Assembly: GCA_010093605.1 (NCBI GenBank)
Contig: MU004184.1
Location: 692,801 to 756,800 of the forward strand
Direction: 5' to 3'
Length of the DNA: 64,000 nt
Origin: Lophium mytilinum
Lineage: Eukaryota
Numbering within the stretch: the first letter of the stretch is position 1; each line of letters starts with the position of its first letter. Of the stretch, positions 1 through 11,500 are shown in pieces. Made by a program: the position numbers and the translations under genes. The notes under the pieces were generated by a model, which ran no database searches, had not been told where the DNA came from, and saw nothing but the letters and a program-made list of their open reading frames with translations.

Positions 1-2
1 CG

Positions 3-1211
3 TTCGGAGCTGACTCTGACAACGAAGAAGATGAGGGTGGTGCATTCCCCGATCGCACTATGCCCATGCAAGCCGAGTACTCCCCCATGGATGACGGGCC
101 GTTGGACTTTAGCAATGGCTTCCAGTGGGAGACGAGTCTGTCGAACCAATTCAACCCTGTCCCGGCTCGCTACCCGGCGGGGCCCCCACGCAAGCAGGTG
201 ACAATTGGGCCAACGGAAATGGTGCCTTCACCGCAAGACCACTGGAGCCCTGGAGGCAGCCTTGGCCGTACCCATGGCTCTGCCGCGTCAGTCAGCGACA
301 TCCGCAATCGTGGCAACGACCCGAGACGGCAGAAAATACCCCGCACCAGTTCCACTCCCAACGCTGCTGGCCTCGCGCAGCAGCAAGCGATGCATGGCCG
401 GCCGCAGTCATCGCCAAGCTCACCTCCAGAATCCGGCTTCAGTTCCGCGGCACCTTCGCGGCCTACCAGTCCGGGAGGGACCAAACAGGGTGATCAGAAC
501 GGCGTGCCGACGACGTGTACGAACTGCTTCACTCAGACTACCCCGTTATGGCGACGAAACCCCGAAGGGCATCCCCTGTGCAATGCCTGTGGTCTCTTCT
601 TGAAGCTGCATGGTGTTGTGCGGCCACTATCGCTCAAGACGGATGTCATCAAGAAGCGCAATAGAGGAAGCGGCAACACCGTTCCTGTTGGCACAGCATC
701 AACACGCTCGTCCAAGAAAGCATCTCGCAAAAACTCTCTTGCACAGACACCGGTCACCACTCCCACGTCTGCAAAAGCGAGTGGTGGCGATTCAGAGTCG
801 CCAAAGTCTACAGGGTCTGGCGGCGGAAACTCGGCCCCGAATGCCTCAGGCATATCTGGCGGCGCTGCAGGACTCAACAAGAGTGGCGTGGTCCCAATTG
901 CCCCAGGGCCGCCAAAACCGCAGAGCGCTGGGGCAGGCTCTAACCAAAACCGCAGTGGCAACGCTCCTCCAAAGAAGGCCCGTCGGCTAAGCAAATCTGG
1001 TATGATGGAGTTTGAGATGGGTGATGCCGACGACACCAGCGGAAAGATAGCGGCACCGCCGACCGTCCGGAAGAAGGAGTCGGCGCCAATGATCCCGCCC
1101 AATATTGGCAGCCAGAATATGGGCAGTTTGCCCATGGGTGCGATGGGACAGGGTCTCGCAACAGGAGTCAGCGGGCCCCAGGAATGGGAATGGCTCACAA
1201 TGAGCTTGTGA
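3..1211 (+). CDS. areA: GATA-type nitrogen regulatory transcription factor AreA/NIT2, 3' part (5' end lies before the window)
   Basis: Frame is open from nt 3. GATA zinc finger [50 protein letters not shown] and the diagnostic AreA/NIT2 C-terminus EWEWLTMSL. Confidence 0.97.
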   Translation, partial: FGADSDNEEDEGGAFPDRTMPMQAEYSPMDDGPLDFSNGFQWETSLSNQFNPVPARYPAGPPRKQVTIGPTEMVPSPQDHWSPGGSLGRTHGSAASVSDIRNRGNDPRRQKIPRTSSTPNAAGLAQQQAMHGRPQSSPSSPPESGFSSAAPSRPTSPGGTKQGDQNGVPTTCTNCFTQTTPLWRRNPEGHPLCNACGLFLKLHGVVRPLSLKTDVIKKRNRGSGNTVPVGTASTRSSKKASRKNSLAQTPVTTPTSAKASGGDSESPKSTGSGGGNSAPNASGISGGAAGLNKSGVVPIAPGPPKPQSAGAGSNQNRSGNAPPKKARRLSKSGMMEFEMGDADDTSGKIAAPPTVRKKESAPMIPPNIGSQNMGSLPMGAMGQGLATGVSGPQEWEWLTMSL

Positions 1212-2794
1212 AGTGTCAAAAGACACACTCATCAAGCTCCCCAGCACATCGTACTGCACGTTTTCGCCGCGTGTTGACGAGGACCGGGGTTCGAATGCCT
1301 CGGTGATGCCTCTTCCAATTGCAACACCTACGATGGCTTCAAGGCGGTTGACATTGTCCTGCCATTACTGTCTGAACCGGTTGTTTGCAAACTCCCACCG
1401 CCAGGCTTCCCGTTCATCAACACATGCATTGTTTGCGACATTTGGCTTGTGGCGTTCAGGTGTTCTGTACTTGCTTTTGATTTTGGGAGGGCCGGGTGGT
1501 TTGCGAGTGCAGCGATTCCAGAGCTCGATCTGTCAGTCCCTACCATCATTGATTCCCCCCTCGCGACACGTTCGTGCTTTCCAAAGCTATGGTTCTGGCT
1601 GGCAGATTCTTCATGATACCTCGGATCATCTTGTTGGGGAGGTCTTATAGAGCGGTTTTGGTATTCTTCAGAGCGACATTACACAACACCCTACTGGCTA
1701 TCACCTACTCAACCCGCTGGGTGAAGGAGGCAGGCGCTTCACACCGGCATCAATCACATCACTACACTACACTACTACTACCATCGAGCGCGAGAAATTC
1801 TTGCGTCGCCACTTCCGGGACCGCGGTTAGGCACTCCCAATCTACCGCAGAGAGCATCTAATCACGAGAGGGTGGGTAATGAGTTCGACGGGTCGGGTTT
1901 ATATCCTTTTCCTTTTCAAGCTGCATGAATCTAATGAATTTGCGTGTTTGAGTGATTCCCTTAGATCAATGGTGTTTGCTGTTTGCTACTTGCTCTGATT
2001 CTCCACTTCTTTATGGGATTGTGCTGTTCTGTGTGAGCTGGAATGCAATGGAAATGGGTACATAGATGGCCATTGTGCAGCGTGGGGTTATTACTACATT
2101 GGAGGCAGATGGGATGGAATGACTGCTCATGCCGATGTCAGGGGCTGAACTGGGGGCTATGTTTTCATGGATCTGGCCAATAACGCTAATTGAATTCAGG
2201 GCCTGGCAGGAGGGCATGTAGTAGTAACAACATGGCTGTGCTTAGCATATGCCTTTTGTTTTATCGTTTTCTTTAATGCTTACCTACGATGTGCAGCCTG
2301 TCTATAGTAATCTCTGTGGGGTGCCAATTTCTGGTCCAGTTTGAAGAATCACGGAGTTTGACTCCTCAGTACCTCAGCATATCACATCTGCAATATGCTC
2401 AATTTGCGGCTCAAGGTGGAACGTCGAATGCGTTTAAATTGGATACGTTGGACCCTTGATTGGCCGAAGGGCGAGGTAGGTATTAGACTGGCTCCTATTT
2501 ATACATTCCTCCGACGACGGCCCGATTTTAACGGTCTCTACATTTAAGTTCGAATCTCATCGCAAACCGAGCAGACCAATCCGACTTCCTAACGTGTGTC
2601 TCCCAAGGTGACTAAATTGAGTAAAGCCTTTTGCTGACGTTCGGGAGCCAAGCTACGAAGCCAAGCTGGGAAGCCCATGCTGCATCTGTATCTCTATCAA
2701 TATTTTGAAGCCCCTCCAAATCCAAGCTCATACCCATATAAAGTCCACAATTACACAGCATAACGTTGAGAATCATCAGCGAGGTAATCGATCG

Positions 2795-4030
2795 TCAACC
2801 TTCGGGCTCCACTAACGGCACAGTAGATAGCATCCAATCCTCTGTAGAGGCATCTCCAGAATGCGGTCGCATCTTTCCGTGAAACACATACACATCAACA
2901 GTTTCCGTAGGCTTTTCCTCGTCCCCAGGAACTTGGAGGGCGGTCTGGCACCCGATGGCGAAGCCGGCATCCGTCATCAATTCGAAGAAGACAGCTTCGC
3001 TGGAATGGCGCACCTTCATGGCAACCAACACGATGGCTCTGGGAGACCTGTTTACCAGTGCAGAGAGCGTGCGGACGAGCGAAGGGCTGCTGTCCGCATT
3101 GTACGTACAGTCGGCTACGATTATCAGGTCCAGGGCTTTGCTCTGAACGTCTCGAGGGAGGGGCTCGTCCCAATCCAGGGTTGTGAATGAGACTGACGAT
3201 GACATGGCTGGCTTCATGATTTCAATGTTCCTAGCCACTATTTCTTCGGCTTCTGCGAGGTCCGTAAGGAGCACTTCACAGTCTGGGACGCTCTGCGCAA
3301 GGCCAATGCCAACCTGAGCCATATCAGTATAGCAGGGGTTTAGCAAAAGCCTCATATAAGATCTCTTACGATTCCACACCCTGTCCCAAGCTCCAAAACA
3401 CGAAGTTTCTTGTAGGTAGCAGAACTCAATACGCGCTCCAATATGTCCAGCCCATTGGCTTGGAGTGATACTACGCGGTCGAGATAGGCTGAGAGCGCGA
3501 TGCCGGCATCCCTGAGCAAATTTAGAAGCTGTTGACGACCAACAGACAAAGGAAGGCTACCATAGGTGCCGTGCTATACTCTCGCCGGTCTCCTCCCATA
3601 TACTCAGTGTCCGATTGTTCAACGGCATAAAACGTCTCTCAACTTTCTTCTCGGCGATATAAAGGCCGCTCGGGGGATCGATGATCCCACTCCATGCTGA
3701 AACAAGGCTGGGCAAGTCTGCATTCAGACTATAGTGCACCTCGAAATGATCCGACTCGGGGCTTCCTTTGAGGCTCACATGGAGTTGGGCCGGCCATTCA
3801 ATATCGGTGTGGCCTGTATCAAAAGCGACTGGGAGCGACCGCATGCCGCTCGTCCATTTTAGGACCTTGCGGAGGGCGATCTCGCCATCTGCATCAGCTG
3901 AACAGAGGGAGGCAACCAGGATGACATCTTCTGCCAGGAACGAATCGCCCAAGTCGGACGTGATGGTGATTAGAGCGCTCAAGGTGGTGCCTTGCAGGCG
4001 GGGCGGTTTGAGAAAGCGAATATACCGCAT
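2795..4030 (-). CDS. SAM-dependent protein methyltransferase, Methyltransf_16 (METTL21-like) family; exons 4030-3561, 3511-3370, 3313-2795
   Basis: Spliced product joins HLW-DAG, VLELGTGCGIV-GI (SAM motif I), LTDL, LDW and DLIIVADCTY. GT..AG junctions keep the frame. Confidence 0.9.
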
Positions 4031-4565
4031 CGCGGATTGCGGACGTGTGTGAAAATGAAGTTTTTGGTCTCTTTAAAGTGCCTCCGAGGGCGAATATGTA
4101 TGACGTCGAGTCGACCCAATTCACTTCAAAGCGTCAAGCCACTGCCGTTAGTTGCGAGAAGCTGCTGATGTGCCTACTACTCAACGGGTGCTTTGCGAAT
4201 GGATAGTTCTGGAGTCGAAGTCTGCATGTGACGGGCATCGTGGTGAATATGGCCCCACGTCGCGGTAGGTTTCAAAAGCGCCTTTGAGGATTTTGTGACC
4301 GACGTGCCTTTGTGTGCTGGAGCTAGATTCCAAGGTTGCTAGTATAGTTCTTGTAACTTTGAAGTCGACGAAAAGCCACATATCTACCCACGTTCCCAGC
4401 CATCTTCTTTCTTAGTGGAGGTTTCGTGGCCGTGCCTCCAGCTTGCTCCCCGCGCGGCTCTTTCACGGCACGCCTCGCGCCTCGCTCAACATCACACCCA
4501 CCCACACCTCGAGCTATCGCGACCTCCATGTATCGCAGGCCGGCACCTGCCCGCCCGCATCTGCA

Positions 4566-6047
4566 ATGTACCACCGAGGCGATCCACGCTGGACGCGGCG
4601 CGTCGACACCTTTGTGCACGGCATCGAGTCGGCCAACGAGTCGGCCCAGGCCAACCTCTTCACCTTCGCCCACAACTACATAGGGCCCTGTCTGGGTTCC
4701 GTAGGGAACGCCTTCCACTCCTGTACCTCCTCGTGTTTCCCCTCCCGCGACGACCGTCGCCGCCATCGAGGCCGGTCGCGCGGCCGAGCTGAGCTCAGCT
4801 TCGACTTCTATGACGACTGGGAAGAAGACGAGAATGATGGCCTGCTAGGGTGGGGGAACGACGAGCTGGACCGCCTGCTTGCCGGCTCGAGGAGTTATGG
4901 CGCTGCACAACCTGCGCGACAGCGCGCCATGAGCTATGGCACCAGACGGGACCGCGATGCTCGATTCCCAGGCGGACGCCGGAAAAGCGCTGTACAGCCT
5001 CATGATGGCGGCCCGGATCCTACCATAATCCCCAGCAGTTCCTATTTTGGCTTTTTGGGGAGGCTGCCCTTCAACATTGGGGGCAAGGGGCTTCGATACA
5101 AGCCATCAGCCGCAGACTTGACCGAACATCCGGGCGCTCTGCGCCGAACGGATGAGGAACAGCCATTAGTGGAAGACAGTGACGAGGACGAGGCCTCTGG
5201 GGAAGGGAGAAAAGGACACAGGCGGAAAAGAAGCCAGACGGCACTCTCAGGACACTCGGGGCACACCACGGACTCGTTGAGCTCAAGAGGAGATCTCTTT
5301 CCCAGCGAGGACGAGGACGACGCTATACCCTTGGACGATGAGTTCACAATGGCGTTAGAGCGGCGGCAAACTGGGCTGGGAATGGACGACACCAGTAGTG
5401 GGAAGACGAAGTCGTCCAAAGCAAGACCGGCTGGTTCTCGCCTGTCGACCCGGACAGTCTCGTCGAGAAGCACGCACGAGTCGGGACGAAGAAACAGAGC
5501 AAATTCGCAAGTTAAACATCGTGATCCGGGGATTGAGGAGGTCCCCTCCTTGTCCGACCTCAAGCAGGAGGACGAGCGTGTGCGACTAGAGGAAGAAGCG
5601 GAGGTCGAGAGGAAACGCCATGAAGCACGTCAAGTAGCCCTCAAGCGGGGGCTGAGTGTGGATCATTTCGTAGTAAGTTATGGGATAGTGGGCACTGTGT
5701 CTTCACCGCTGATGTTTGAATAGCCATCTGAGAGTAAACATGACATTGCGGTACTGTCGCCGTCAAGTTTACCGTCCCAGAAGAGCTCGAACCGTCAGTT
5801 TTCATCTCCTGTGCTTTCTCCACAAACCGTCGAACCCCCGCAAACCCCCGCATCCATGCCATTCCCGACTTTCGACTCTCAAACTGCTCCAGAGAGCGGT
5901 GCCTTTGACATGGAAGGATCAGAGTTCTCAAGTGCTGTCCCGACACCAAACAGGCCGCTCTCACTGAGACACGAACCAGCCCAGAGTCAACCGACTTCCA
6001 CGTTTGTTCCCGCGCGACTCCCGCATTTCGCGCCTGGACCGGATTGA
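4566..6047 (+). CDS. Fungal hypothetical protein, largely low-complexity/disordered; exons 4566-5672, 5724-6047
   Basis: Long ORF from ATG 4566 (MYHRGDPRW...FDFYDDWEED...GLRYKPSAADL...DLFPSEDEDDAIPLDDEF). GTAAGT donor at 5673 and TAG acceptor at 5723 join in phase with the 5811-6047 ORF. Confidence 0.8.
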
Positions 6048-6920
6048 ACGAGAACATATAGTTCAGTGTATTATCACCGTAGTCTCGAGATCTACCAGCT
6101 CCAGGCCAGGCCTTGCGACAGGACTTCACCAAACTTGAACAAGGTAGTGGCTTATTCGAGAACCACATGATCTTATCTCAGGGTATGACGTCCTGCCGAT
6201 CAGCGGCAGCAGGAGAATCCTTGATGGGGTGTTCTAGGAGCTAGCCGTTCCTGTAGCCCTACGTTCTCTGTGGACACAAAGCTCCCAGTCGAATCTGGGA
6301 ATGAGTCTCCCTTCATGATCCTATTGAATCGATCCATTCAATTTATCTTCAATCCGACACTTCGGTTCTAGCGCGATGTCAAACATTAGCCGCATGCTAG
6401 CCGCTAGCCACGACGTCAATGAGATTTGAGCTTTGGAAGTTCCAGCATAATATTGTAGTCAATATCACGGACTGAAGCTTTCGAATAGGTACCTAGGCTA
6501 TGTTTACCTAGATGAAAACAAGTTTCACCTGAAGCATTATTGCTGTTGCGACGCATATGTTACTAGTACGGAAATCATTCCATGTTCAAAGACACTATGC
6601 TAATGGCGTGAATTTTGGATCTTCATGTTCAACTGTGATATTGTGCTCAAGCCCACGTCCCAGTACTGGAGCCCTGAGACTCGTATATACTTGTCTTCAT
6701 GAGATCGCTCGGAGCTTCGTCGATCGTGCAAGGACTGTCGTTGAATCGACTTAGGTGTCTACAAGTACAGAGAATCAGTTCACCCCGCCCAGACCGGAGG
6801 AAAATTTTACTATCCAAGCACAATATGTGAACCAGGCGCAAGTAGTCTCAAGCAAAACATGTCTTTGTAGTCTACTCCGCACAAAGAGAGGAAATAAAGA
6901 GTTCGGGCAAAAGGAAAGAT

Positions 6921-7037
6921 AGACCCAAGCGGGAATCGAACCAGCAAAAACTCGAAGGGGTGCGCTGATACCGCATCCCTAGACTGATGAGTGAAATGCA
7001 ACGAAGATTCATCGAGTTACCACTCGGCCATCAGGTT
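6921..7037 (-). ncRNA. tRNA-like Pol III element (aberrant tRNA, tRNA pseudogene or tRNA-derived ncRNA); no anticodon assignable
   Basis: On the minus strand: A box TGGCCGAGTGGT, B box GGTTCGATTCC, imperfect acceptor stem AACCTGA/TTGGGTC, T-stem GCTGG/CCCGC and a T-run just downstream. D-stem and anticodon arm are non-canonical. Confidence 0.55.
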
Positions 7038-7541
7038 CAGTGTTGTTACAGCGAGCCGCCCTTGGAGTTCTGGGAGCTGTTCGAAGTTAAATGGTATATA
7101 ACCTATAAAGTCTGTTAGGCCTCCACTAACAAGATATTTTAGCGGTTATTCACACCGACGCTCAGCGCCGATTAAGGCTTGCACGTGCAATCTTACGTAT
7201 CATCCGGAGTAAAGCAGCTGCGCCTCGCGTGTCTCTGAACCGTATATGCAGATTGGAGATACTACGGTTTGCGCAAGATATGCCACCCTCCCACATCCAG
7301 ACCATCTTCGCTTACAACCCTCAACAAATCAGACTGTCATCAACAAAGACACGGCAAATGCAACGTCTGGTAATTACTACATGTCGACCTACTCGGCACA
7401 TCACTTTCCTGAGTTTTCTGCGTGTCTGTGCCTTCGAGGATGTGGCATGTCATTTTGCTTGCGCCCAGTGCGCCCCGTGCGATGACGGGTTTGGGCGGCG
7501 ATCTGTGGATTGCGGATTGCGACGTGCGATGCTCGGGTAAG

Positions 7542-8150
7542 TCAGCGTGGCGAGGGACGTTCGGGCGGAAAGCGGTGGTTGTTGCGAGGGGTGGGGAGAT
7601 AAACAGGTGAGGCCAGGTTAGGTGATTCTCTGTTAGTCACGCTGGGAGTATATGATGCGATTTTGGAGGAGGTATAAAATAAGGTTGAGGGCTGTATAGT
7701 ATTGGACTCTTTATTGGAGGATAGGAGGGGGTTTAGGATCAAAATAACATGGGCGGAGTAACTATGTGGGGGAGTGCTGGGCGGGTTTGGGTTTAACTTG
7801 AATATACTTTGGGATATATGGCTGTGGGGTTCTAGGAGGCAGATGGACGGGTTATTGGGATGGAGATAAGTGGCTTCTGTGGGTAAGGATGGTTGTGGTT
7901 AATCTTTTGTTTCGCTGATTATCACTTTTATAGATGGAATGGAGGTGATTAGCGTTGTTGACGTTTGGTGGCCTTTATTATTCAGGCTTTTGATACTGCC
8001 AACTTCTCTGACAGCAACATATTTGGTTCGAAGATCTGTTTTGCACGACCCAGCCCCGAGCCGTGTAAATGCTGCGGGTTTTGGGTTCACTTGATGCTCG
8101 AGCTCGTCTTCTCTGCTTCTCCGTTACGAGGATGGAGCACATGGTTACGA
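7542..8150 (-). pseudogene. Probable RIP-degraded ORF remnant next to the repeat element
   Basis: ORFs 7899-8090 and 7542-7742 share one frame that is open between them except for a TAA at 7899-7901. The + strand is C-depleted and the translation is rich in N/K/I/S, as expected from G>A changes on the coding strand. Confidence 0.4.
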
Positions 8151-8566
8151 GGTTAGACACACGGATATATCACTTCTCTAGTTCGCCTCTTCATTACTCG
8201 ACATCACTGAAGATAGGTACGTAGTGAACGAAGATTAGCTTCATCAATAAGTAATTTAATCTCTACTTTATATTACTCCTACCATCGCCTATTACTGTAA
8301 TCTCTCGCTCGACGACCTCTTTCGCGTAGAACCTGTCTCCTAGTGTACAACTATCTTCACCACCTTCCCAGCGCCTCAGTTCAATCCATTTCACCGACAA
8401 CTCCTTGTCAATCACACACACAAGTCAGATCTCCGCTTCCTCTTTCAACCCCAAAGAATTTTCTCTTTTCAGATCTTACTCGGGATGTGTCTTTCATACT
8501 CTAATAAATTAAAGAAAAGAAGTCTCGTAACTCGAAATATGAAAGCAAAGCCACTCCCCACCAACT

Positions 8567-11500
8567 ACGCGGCAATCCGCAGCGCTTAATGTTTGCGTAA
8601 TCCGCAGTCTTTTCGCAAACTTTGCCTTGTGCGTAATGCTTAGAAGTCCCAAGGTCCCCGGACTGAAAAGAAGATTTGAATTGCTTCTCGACTGATTACG
8701 CGGCAAAAGGTACAAAAGCAATAGCTAAGTGGCTACGTCCTCCCTACGTGTCAAACTTTGGCGTGTGTCTTAGACGTGCTAGATGGTTCTTTGCCGCCTA
8801 CCAAAGCATGTAATATAGGAAGATTAAAGGGGGTAATGTTATTCAGCCCTTTACTTTAAGGGAGATTATCTAAGCGGCTATATATTCCCTGCGTGCCAAA
8901 TCTTAGCGTGGTCTTCAGATATATTAGACGGTTCTATACCACCTCCCTGCGCACGTAGTATAGTCAGGACAAAGGGACGGAGCGGAAAGGGGAGGGGGGG
9001 TATAGATAATGGTATCTAAGCAGCTATTTCTTCCCTGCATGCCAGATTTTAGCCTATTTTATGGGCGTGTTAGATAGTTCTTTGCCGCCTACTAGCGCAC
9101 GTAATATAGACAGGATAAAGGGGAGGAAGAGGGGTGTAGGGAAAGAGGGGGGAGAGGGGTTTAAATTATTATTTATAAGCGGCTATATCTTCCCTGCGTG
9201 CTAGACTTTAGCGTGGTTCTTAAATATATTAGATAGTTCTTTACCGCCTACGAGCGCACGTAGTATAGTTAGGACGAAGGAACGGAGGGGAAAGGGGAGG
9301 GGGGTATAGATAATAGTATCTAAGCGGCTATTTCTTCCCTGTATGCTAGATTTTAGCCTGTTTTATAGGCGTGTTAAATAGTTCTTTACCGCCTACCAGC
9401 GCATATAATATAGACAGGATAAAGGGGAGAGAGAGAGGTATAGGGAAAGAGGGGGGGGAGGGGTTTAAATTATCATTTATAAGCGGCTATATCTTCCCTG
9501 CATGCTAGACTTTAGCGTAGTTCTTAAATATGTTAGATAGTTCTTTACCGCCTACGAGCGCATATAATATAGACAGGGTAAAAAGAAGGGGTATAGCGCG
9601 GGGGGATAGGGGTGCATAGATACTAATACCTAAGCAGCTACTTCTTCCCTGCGTGCTAGATTCTAGCGTGGTTCGCGGATGTATTAATTAGTTCTCTACC
9701 GCCTACTAGCGCACGCAACATAGATAGGATAAAGGGAAGGGGTAGGGCGCGGGGGGGCAGGAGTCTAGATACTAATAGCTAAGTGGCCACGCGTTCTCTA
9801 GATGCTAAACTTTAACAGTGTTATTAGATATCTAAGACAGTTTTTTACGGCCTACCTGCGCGCGTAATATAGGCATACTAAAGGGGGAAGGTTATTAGGG
9901 GATAAGAATTCAGCCCGTCATTTATAAAATATAAGGTAAGTAGCTATATCTTCTCTAGGCGCCAAACTTTTACATTGTTATTAAACGTCTAATACAGTTC
10001 TTTTCCGTCTCTCTGCGCACGTAATATTGCCAAAAAAAAAAAGGGGGGGAGGAGGGGGGGTAGCGTGGCGTGTAGAATCCAGCCCGTCTCTTATAGAATA
10101 ATAACTAAGTAGCTATTTCTTCCCTAGATGCCAAATTTTAATAGTGTTATTAGATACTTAAGAGATTCCTTTGCCGCATATCTGCGCACGTAATATAGAA
10201 AAGATAAAAGGTATAGTAGAAGAATCTAGCCCGTACTATATAAATAATAGCTAAGTAGCTATATCCTCCCTACGTGCCAAATTTTAATAGTATTATTAGA
10301 TACTTAAGAGATTTCTTTACCGCATATCTACGCACGTAATATAGGAAAGATAAAAGGTATAGTAGAAGAATCTAGCCCGTACTATATAAATAATAGCTAA
10401 GTGGCTATATCCTCTCTACGTGCCAAATTTTAATAGTGTTATTAGATACTTAAGAGATTTCTTTACCGCATATCTGCGCACGTAATATAGGAAAGACAAA
10501 AGGTATAGTAGAAGAATCTAGCTTATACTATATAAATAATAGCTAAGTGGCTATATTCTCCTTACGTGCCAAACTTTAACATTACTATTAGATGCCCAAG
10601 ATAGTTCTTTGCCGCCTATCTGCGCACGTAATATATAAAGAGTTGAAATAAAGAAGGGGGGCTGCGAGGCGCTGGGGCGGCGGGCGCCACTCTAAATAAT
10701 AATAGCTAAGCGGCAGCGTCTTCTCTACGTGCTAAATTCTAGTATAGCGATAAGACGTCTAAGACAGTTCTCTTCAATCTTGCAGGCGTCTATTCGGGAT
10801 TAATTTAAGTGAGGTATATGGGTTCGGGGGTGAGAAGAAGGCCCAAAATAAACAAAGGTCAGTCAAAACACTCTCGATTACGCGCATTTCTCGCAGTTAG
10901 TGTTTGCAAGAGTTGCAGCCTCTCTACGAACTTTCCCCGTATTCCAAGTTGAAAGAAGCGAAGGAGGGGAGGCAGGGAGGGGAGGTCCGAACGCAACGAA
11001 TGTGAGCTAATTTGTGTTCTTTCCAATTACACGGAAATTTCTTGTGCTCAATATCTATACGATTTCCAAGCTTCGTACCAGTTTGCCGTGCAGTTAGGGC
11101 TAGTATGCTTGAGAAAGGGGGGAGAGGGGGAGGCTCCTAAAGGCAGTGCACGCGAGGGATTTTATTCTCCGGCTAATTACACGGAAATTTCCAGTGCTTA
11201 ACATTTACGTATTTCACAGCTTATTCATAAGTTTGCCATGTATCCAGAGCTAATAGGACCGAAAAAGGGGGGAAAGAGGGAGGATTTCCGGAGTGGATAT
11301 ATGTAGGCTAATCCATTCTCTTTCTAACCACGCGGCAATCGTTAGTGATTGATCTTTACAGTCTTTGCAATCTATCTACAGTTTTGTCGCGTATTCGAAG
11401 TTAGTCAGAGTGGGGAACGGGGGGGGGGATAGGGGAGATCGGCTAAGTATTAGGAGATGAGCATGTAGGTAAGCTGTTCGGAGGTCGAATGCGCGGCAAT

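Noticed and set aside
533..1228. Long antisense ORFs (here and at 5042-5563, 50494-51255, 58029-58760) and the same-strand alternative-frame ORF 62261-63046
   Set aside because: Shadow ORFs of GC-rich coding or promoter regions overlapping well-supported genes, with no independent motifs.
6921..7037. A normal functional tRNA gene
   Set aside because: Unpaired D-stem, a 1:72 mismatch, no identifiable anticodon arm and an internal T5 run; kept only as a tRNA-like element.
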